Virus record (IMG/VR): IMGVR_UViG_3300031938_000007
Coordinates: 1-47,329 of that record
Source of the DNA: a virus
Lineage: Duplodnaviria; Caudoviricetes
DNA length: 47,329 bases
Reading direction: 5' to 3' (one strand)
The notes beneath the pieces are model-generated. The model was not told the DNA's origin and ran no database searches. It worked only from the letters and a program-made list of their open reading frames with translations. The position numbers and the translations under genes were made by a program. Positions 42,104 through 47,329 of the stretch are shown here, piece after piece (the first letter of the stretch is position 1; every line of letters begins with the position of its first letter).

Positions 42104-44256
42104 CAGTACGCACCAGCTCCTCCGGAGGCAGCTGGCGGATCTTCGTACGCCCTCCGGGAGGCCAGCGCCAGGACGTCACCTTCTTCCGCGACGTGCCGAC
42201 CCAGATCGGCCAGATGTCCTCCACCGACCCCTTCGGGGATGCCGTGGCCACGGTGATCTTCCCTCGGGTCACCGGCTTCGACCGGCCCGGCAGCGGCGAC
42301 CTGTGGTGGCTGGTGCCGTGGGCCGACATCGACCTGATCTGGTACGACCAGGACAACCAGCCGACCGCCTACACCTGGGAGGGCTTCGCGGTCAGCGAGG
42401 AGATCGGGGCCAGCGGGCTGACCGTGCAGTGCAAGGGCGCGCTGTACCAGCTGGACAACTTCCTGGCCGCACCGTTCTTCCCGCAGTACCCGATCCCCTA
42501 CGAGCGGCTGATCGCCAACGCCTTCGACGTCACCAAGCACCCCTCGCTGCGGACCTCACCGCTGGTGATCCAGTTCCCCTACCTGTGGAACGTGCGGGTG
42601 CCGATCTTCGACGACCCGGACTACCTGTGGTTCCTGCGGCCCTGGGGCGTGACCCCGCGACACCTGTGGACCGGGCTGACCACCCGCTCCACCGGCTCCT
42701 GGGAGCCGCTACTGACCGGGTTCGTCCAGTCGCTGCTGTCGGTCATGTATACCGATGACGGTGGCCAGTGGACGGTCTACAAGCGTTCCGGCCGGGTGCC
42801 CGTGCTTCAGGTTCGGCCTGCTCTTCGTGCGCCGCAGTCGAACACGCTTGAGGTCTTCTATGGCGTACACGGGACAGAGGTCTCCTTGTCCCGCGACTTT
42901 ACGCAGTCCGCCAACGTCATCTATGGCCAAGGTACCGACCTTGCTGGGAGCCAGTTTTCCGGACAACAGGTCACTCCAGATGGAGAGACCACGTACTACG
43001 AACCCTTCGCTGCGCTGCCGCAGTACTACCCCAGCTCCGCGTCCAACCCGCGGCTGCTGCCGCACCTGGCCCGCAAGGAAGCGCGGGTCCAGTTCCCGCA
43101 GGGGTTGGACGAGCAGGCCGCTCGGGATGCCGCCGCCACTCAGCTGAGGCGCTTCGCCGACCCGGGCTACGTTGGCTCCATCACCCTTCGGGTGGATCCG
43201 TTGATCGGCGGTAGCCCATTTCCGCGCCAGCTCATCAAGGCCGGTCAGACGGTGGTGCTGCGCAACTTCCGGCGCACTGATGTCCTCTTCCACATCTCAC
43301 AGGTTGCCATTGACGTGGCCGAGGGGACAGCCACGCTCACCGTGGACACCAAGTTCCGCGACGCCCTGACGGTGGCCGAGGTCAAGGCCCGCACCCGGGA
43401 CGCCCTGGACCCGGTCCGGCTGCTGCAGGTCGGCAAGTTCTCCACCACGGTGCAGGACCAGATCAAGCCGTGGAGCTACTCCGGCGGCTCCGGGGTGGTG
43501 CCCAGCGACCCGGCCTCCTACGACGCCACCGAGTTCTTCCGGACCATGCCCCAGGACATCGCCTTCCCCTGGACCCAGTGGACCACCAAGTACCCGCCCA
43601 AGGACAAGAGCTACACCAAGTACTACATCCCGCTGGGCACCGCGGACCCCATCGCCACCAACAACTGGTCCGGGGTCTCTCGGGCCGGGACCAAGGTGGC
43701 GGCCATCCCGATCAAGATGAGCCAGGCGGGCTCGATCCGGCTGTCCCAGTTCGCCATCTACGACCAGGACGGCAACGTGCTGCCGTGCCGGTTCCACGTG
43801 AGCATCTACGGCACCTCGGGGACCAACGTGACCTCGATGCCGATGATCCCGGCGCAGTACTCCAAGAAGTACAAGGGCTACCTGGCCGGGCAGCGCTACC
43901 CGTTCTTCCCCGGGGCCTTCGAGACCATCAACGCCGACGGCACCGAGACCAACAACCCGGGCCAGCTGCTGGCCGGTGGCAGCGACCTGGTGATCGGCTG
44001 GGGCAACTACTACGAGGGCGCTGGCTACTCCCCCGGGCTGGAGAGCGCGCACGCGCCCAAGACCGGCAAGCTGGTCGACGAGCAGACCTGGACCTTCAAC
44101 ACCTCCAGCGACCCCAGCTTCGACAAGTACGACGCCAAGAAGACCCAGTCGAACACCACCGCGGGAATGCTCTACGTGATGGTCTACGCCGACGACCAGG
44201 GGGCCACCCCGGCCTACCTGCTGGGTCGGCTCTACATCCAGTCCCCCGGCGCCTAG
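42091..44256 (+). CDS. Minor tail protein (Tal/hub-like)
   Basis: WEGF...L.V.C.GA...LD, L.RD....ANVIYG.G, G.ITL..DP, I.AG.TV.L...FHI..V.....T.TLTVD pattern. Confidence 0.7.
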   Translation: MGELTVRTSSSGGSWRIFVRPPGGQRQDVTFFRDVPTQIGQMSSTDPFGDAVATVIFPRVTGFDRPGSGDLWWLVPWADIDLIWYDQDNQPTAYTWEGFAVSEEIGASGLTVQCKGALYQLDNFLAAPFFPQYPIPYERLIANAFDVTKHPSLRTSPLVIQFPYLWNVRVPIFDDPDYLWFLRPWGVTPRHLWTGLTTRSTGSWEPLLTGFVQSLLSVMYTDDGGQWTVYKRSGRVPVLQVRPALRAPQSNTLEVFYGVHGTEVSLSRDFTQSANVIYGQGTDLAGSQFSGQQVTPDGETTYYEPFAALPQYYPSSASNPRLLPHLARKEARVQFPQGLDEQAARDAAATQLRRFADPGYVGSITLRVDPLIGGSPFPRQLIKAGQTVVLRNFRRTDVLFHISQVAIDVAEGTATLTVDTKFRDALTVAEVKARTRDALDPVRLLQVGKFSTTVQDQIKPWSYSGGSGVVPSDPASYDATEFFRTMPQDIAFPWTQWTTKYPPKDKSYTKYYIPLGTADPIATNNWSGVSRAGTKVAAIPIKMSQAGSIRLSQFAIYDQDGNVLPCRFHVSIYGTSGTNVTSMPMIPAQYSKKYKGYLAGQRYPFFPGAFETINADGTETNNPGQLLAGGSDLVIGWGNYYEGAGYSPGLESAHAPKTGKLVDEQTWTFNTSSDPSFDKYDAKKTQSNTTAGMLYVMVYADDQGATPAYLLGRLYIQSPGA

Positions 44257-44266
44257 AGGAGTTTCG

Positions 44267-44635
44267 ATGAGCGTTGGCAGATTCAGCGACTACCAGGTGC
44301 AGCAGTGGCTCACCGACGCCTCCCAGGACGGCTACTGGCTGGCACTGCACTACGACAACCCCGACATCGCCGGGGCCTACGCCTCCGAGGTGTTCGGCGG
44401 CACCTACAAGCGGGTGCGGGCCGACTTCACCTCGGTGGACGGCCGGACCATCTGGAACGCCGGTCCGGTGCGCTGGCCCGGCCTGCCGTCCATCGTGATC
44501 ACCCACGTGGCGGGCTGGGATGCCCAGCTCAACGGCAACCTGCTGTGGTACTCCAGCCTGGATGCCGTCGTGCGGATCACCCAGGGCTCGGCGTGGGCGG
44601 TCTCGGCCAACACCATCGCGCTGTCGATGAACTAG
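44267..44635 (+). CDS. Minor tail protein (distant paralog 3)
   Basis: YWLALH..NP......EV.GG.YKR...N...V.W......ITH...WDA...GNLL; RBS GAGGAG. Confidence 0.7.
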   Translation: MSVGRFSDYQVQQWLTDASQDGYWLALHYDNPDIAGAYASEVFGGTYKRVRADFTSVDGRTIWNAGPVRWPGLPSIVITHVAGWDAQLNGNLLWYSSLDAVVRITQGSAWAVSANTIALSMN

Positions 44636-44646
44636 CCCAGAAACGC

Positions 44647-44741
44647 AAAAAGGCCCCCTGAGCCCTCCCCCGAAGGGGAGGGCAGGAGGGCACAAAGAAA
44701 GCTCCCTGGGCCCCCGCCAGACCCGAAGGCCTGACGGGGGC
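44647..44741. terminator. Convergent terminator region with two hairpins
   Basis: GCCCTCCCC-CGAA-GGGGAGGGC (44662-44683) and GCCCCCG..CC-CGAA-GG..CGGGGGC (44710-44741). Both are cUUCGg tetraloops on the minus strand, with A-runs giving U-tails on the minus strand. Confidence 0.8.
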
Positions 44742-44750
44742 TTGGTGAGC

Positions 44751-45275
44751 CTACTTGTCGATCTTGGCGCGGGCACGTTCCAGCGCCTGCTGCAGGTTCA
44801 GGGCGGCCACCGAGACGTCGTGCATCGCCGCCTTGGCCCGCAACACGGCGGGCAACACCGGGATCGGGTTCTCCTGCGGTAGCTCCAGGACGGGTGGATC
44901 CGCACCATCATCCACAGTGCTGCAGCACTCGTAGGCCTGCACCCGGTCTTCCCAGAGCGTCTCGCAGCTGTCGCAACGCCACATCTCCACGGCACCGAAG
45001 ATGTTGAAGTCGGATTCGTCGAGCCAGTTGTCACAACACGGGCAGCGGTACACCCAGAACATCGGTGGGCGCTCCCGGTCCAACCTGGCGATCAACTCTT
45101 CGACGGCGAACCAGAGGACCTCGGCCTCCTCTGCGGCATAGTCATCGCCAGGATCTAGCCAAAGCACCATGGTGTGATCCAGGTCGGTGACATTGCGCAG
45201 CAGCGGCAGCTCGAAGAGCCCGTCGCACTGCAGGCACTGCCCGGCGGTGTTGGGCGCCAGCCGGGAGACACTCAT
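44751..45275 (-). CDS. Cys-rich putative zinc-binding protein (paralog A)
   Basis: ATG 45275 overlapping the upstream stop; CLQC, VYRCPCC, WRCDSC...AYECC. Confidence 0.65.
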   Translation of the reverse strand: MSVSRLAPNTAGQCLQCDGLFELPLLRNVTDLDHTMVLWLDPGDDYAAEEAEVLWFAVEELIARLDRERPPMFWVYRCPCCDNWLDESDFNIFGAVEMWRCDSCETLWEDRVQAYECCSTVDDGADPPVLELPQENPIPVLPAVLRAKAAMHDVSVAALNLQQALERARAKIDK

Positions 45276-45757
45276 AGGTCCGCCTTGGTGATCCCGCGGG
45301 AGAACTCGGCCAGCAGCTGGTCGCGATCCTGCGGGTTCATCCGGGCCAACTTGGCTCGCACCTCGGCACGTCTGCGCTCGTCCTGCTTGGCTTCGTAGTC
45401 GCAGCACAGCACGGCCTGCTCCCGCTCGGGATGCTCTTTCGAGCAGCGCCCGCACTGCCAGGAGGTGGTGGCGACGGTGCGCACCACGAAGTGGTCCTGC
45501 TCGTACCAGAACTCACAGTTGGCGCAGCGGTAGACCGTGATGATCTTCTCGATCGGAACGTTCTGCCGCCAGTTGTCCAGGACATCGACGGCGTAGTACT
45601 CGTCGTCATCGATGGCAGGCAGCGACTCGAAGTGCACCGCGGTGCGCTGGTCCAGGTCTGCAAGCGAGGAGCCCATGGGCTTGCTCCTGCTCTGGCACGC
45701 GAGTGTGGTGCCGGGCGGGATCTCGATGGGCACTGAGGTTGGAAGGTTGGCCATCAC
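45272..45757 (-). CDS. Cys-rich putative zinc-binding protein (paralog B)
   Basis: VYRCANC, WQCGRC...AVLCC. Confidence 0.65.
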   Translation of the reverse strand: MMANLPTSVPIEIPPGTTLACQSRSKPMGSSLADLDQRTAVHFESLPAIDDDEYYAVDVLDNWRQNVPIEKIITVYRCANCEFWYEQDHFVVRTVATTSWQCGRCSKEHPEREQAVLCCDYEAKQDERRRAEVRAKLARMNPQDRDQLLAEFSRGITKADL

Positions 45758-45945
45758 GGCACGCCTGGGTTCATGAGTCTGGATCGGTTGATGAGCTTCT
45801 GCAGGAACCTGCGCAGCAGGTCAGCGACCTCACGCTCGAAGTTGTTCTCCGGCTTCCCGGAGAGGATCCGCATGAGCGAGTGTGCGACGACCTGAGCGGC
45901 TTCCTTGGCAAGCGATACGACGAAAACGATGATGGGGCCGCGCAC
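45754..45945 (-). CDS. Small hypothetical protein
   Basis: GTG start with GGAAGGA upstream; stop overlaps the next start. Confidence 0.45.
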   Translation of the reverse strand: MRGPIIVFVVSLAKEAAQVVAHSLMRILSGKPENNFEREVADLLRRFLQKLINRSRLMNPGVP

Positions 45946-45987
45946 GGCGGGGGTTCCTTCCCTCGGAAACGAATGAAGACAACGGAG

Positions 45988-46020
45988 CGGGGGCAGCAGG
46001 CGAGATGCCCACTGCCCCCG
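45988..46020 (-). terminator. Stem-loop downstream of the AAA+ gene
   Basis: CGGGGGCAG...CTGCCCCCG inverted repeat. Confidence 0.5.
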
Positions 46021-46036
46021 CCGGTTCAGTTGTAGA

Positions 46037-47329
46037 TCACTGCTCGACGAGCACGACCTCGATCTCGTCGCCCTGCCAGGTCAGCTGCAGGTTGTCGGTG
46101 AACACCTCGGCCATGGCCTTGCGGAACATGGTGTCTACGGTGACCTCGTTGGCCCGGTCCGCCTTGGAGGTGTGCAGCTCGTGCTGCGGACGCAGCAGCT
46201 CTGCTGCTCCCACGAAGTCCTCCGTGGTGAGCATGTAGTCCTTGGACTGGGTCCGGATCAGCGCTGCCGTGGCGGCTTGGTCGAAGGTCTGGCGCACGAA
46301 GGCGGGCTCGAAGCCCTCCAGCGCCTTCCAGACCTTGTCGTAGTCCGTGTTGGGGTCCAGCCGGTCCTTGCCGATGACCCTGCGGATGAGCTCCTCGGTG
46401 GAGTTGCGGTCCAACGGCCCAATCTCGATCATCCGGTCCACTCGACCGGCTCGAAGCATGCCCTTGGAGAAGTCCGCGGCACGGTTGGAGGTCATCACGA
46501 TCATGACCTCGTCACCCTTGGAGCCGATGCCGTCGAACAGGTTGGTGATCCTGGTCTGGGCGTTGGCCCCCTCCTTGGAGGCGTAGATGTCGATGTCCTC
46601 GATGAACACCACGCAGGGGCTCATCAGCTTGGCCGTGGCGATGGTGGACTCCAGGTCCTCCAGGGTGGACTGGCCCGACTTGAACTGGATGAAGGTCCAG
46701 CCGAACTCGTTGGCCACCTGTGCCGTGAGCATGCCGCACTCGGACTTGCCGGTGCCGAACGGACCGTGTAAGAGCACCCGGTTGTTGACCCGGCGGTTGT
46801 CACTCTTGAGCAGCTCGGCGTTGGCGATGACGCCCCACACCGTGTTCGTCAGGGCGCGGGTGACGTCCTCGTTGTACACGATGGTGGGGTTGGACTTGAC
46901 GTTGATGAAGCGGGGCTGGTCGGTGCCCTTGATGGACTTGCCCTTGTAGATCGAGTTGGTCTCCAGCTCGTTCTCGATCAGGTTGAAGAAGCCGTGGATG
47001 GCTGCCGCATACTTCTTCGGGCAGTTGACCGTCAGCGAGAAGAGCAGCCCGTACTCCTCGTCCCGCTGGGTGCCCAGCTCCATGTGCCCGTCAAAGAAGG
47101 CGATGTCGATGTGGCCCCACGGGATCTGGGCCGTCTCGATCTTGCCGTTCGGGCCCACGCCGACCTCGATCTCGATGGTCTGCGGCGGGATCGGGCCGAA
47201 CATGGTCTGGATCGGCTTGCCGCGACCCGTGGTGCCGAAGAACTTGTGCAGCACCTTCTGCAGTGCGAAGGCCCCGTCCCAGGGACGGAACTTGAAGGTG
47301 TGCGTGAAGTTCTGCTTCTCGGCGTTCGC
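46037..47329 (-). CDS. AAA+ ATPase (5' end lies beyond the window)
   Basis: Walker A LLHGPFGTGKS, Walker B VFIEDID, sensor-1 TSN, Arg finger LRAGRVDR; the frame stays open from 47254 to the window edge. Confidence 0.88.
   Translation of the reverse strand, partial: ANAEKQNFTHTFKFRPWDGAFALQKVLHKFFGTTGRGKPIQTMFGPIPPQTIEIEVGVGPNGKIETAQIPWGHIDIAFFDGHMELGTQRDEEYGLLFSLTVNCPKKYAAAIHGFFNLIENELETNSIYKGKSIKGTDQPRFINVKSNPTIVYNEDVTRALTNTVWGVIANAELLKSDNRRVNNRVLLHGPFGTGKSECGMLTAQVANEFGWTFIQFKSGQSTLEDLESTIATAKLMSPCVVFIEDIDIYASKEGANAQTRITNLFDGIGSKGDEVMIVMTSNRAADFSKGMLRAGRVDRMIEIGPLDRNSTEELIRRVIGKDRLDPNTDYDKVWKALEGFEPAFVRQTFDQAATAALIRTQSKDYMLTTEDFVGAAELLRPQHELHTSKADRANEVTVDTMFRKAMAEVFTDNLQLTWQGDEIEVVLVEQ

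Noticed and set aside
1-47329. tRNA, rRNA, integrase, reverse transcriptase/DGR, CRISPR array
   Set aside because: None recognised by eye; intergenic gaps are short and no matching motifs were seen. tRNAscan and Infernal were not run.

Overview
A high-GC, densely coding segment of a tailed dsDNA actinobacteriophage with siphovirus-like architecture (WhiB gene, long tape measure, no tail sheath seen). On the + strand, a few DNA-metabolism and regulatory genes (DUF4406-like, RuvC-like, WhiB) precede terS, four tail/fibre-like genes, an intein-containing terL and the portal. Next come an accessory and lysis block (HNH, papain-like protease, DUF1996, HExxH protein, amidase endolysin, holin-like genes), a large head-associated protein, MuF, an XkdF-type prohead protease, two very basic Gly/Ala-rich proteins, scaffold, decoration protein and major capsid. 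The head-tail joining genes, major tail, frameshifted tail chaperones, tape measure and minor tail genes end at a convergent terminator, beyond which the - strand arm begins (two paralogous Cys-rich proteins, AAA+ ATPase running off the window). Three observations stand out. (1) The terL intein has no recognisable in-frame endonuclease; its central region instead encodes a complete HNH endonuclease on the opposite strand, with its own leaderless-type promoter candidate. (2) Several head-region proteins share an SVWGVDH..E[VI][SA]K motif and recurrent [VIL]xK sites, suggesting protease-processed polyproteins of cationic glycine-zipper peptides. (3) The prohead protease looks split, with its EVSLVD..AN element at the scaffold N-terminus. 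All family calls are from motif recognition by eye; no database searches were run.
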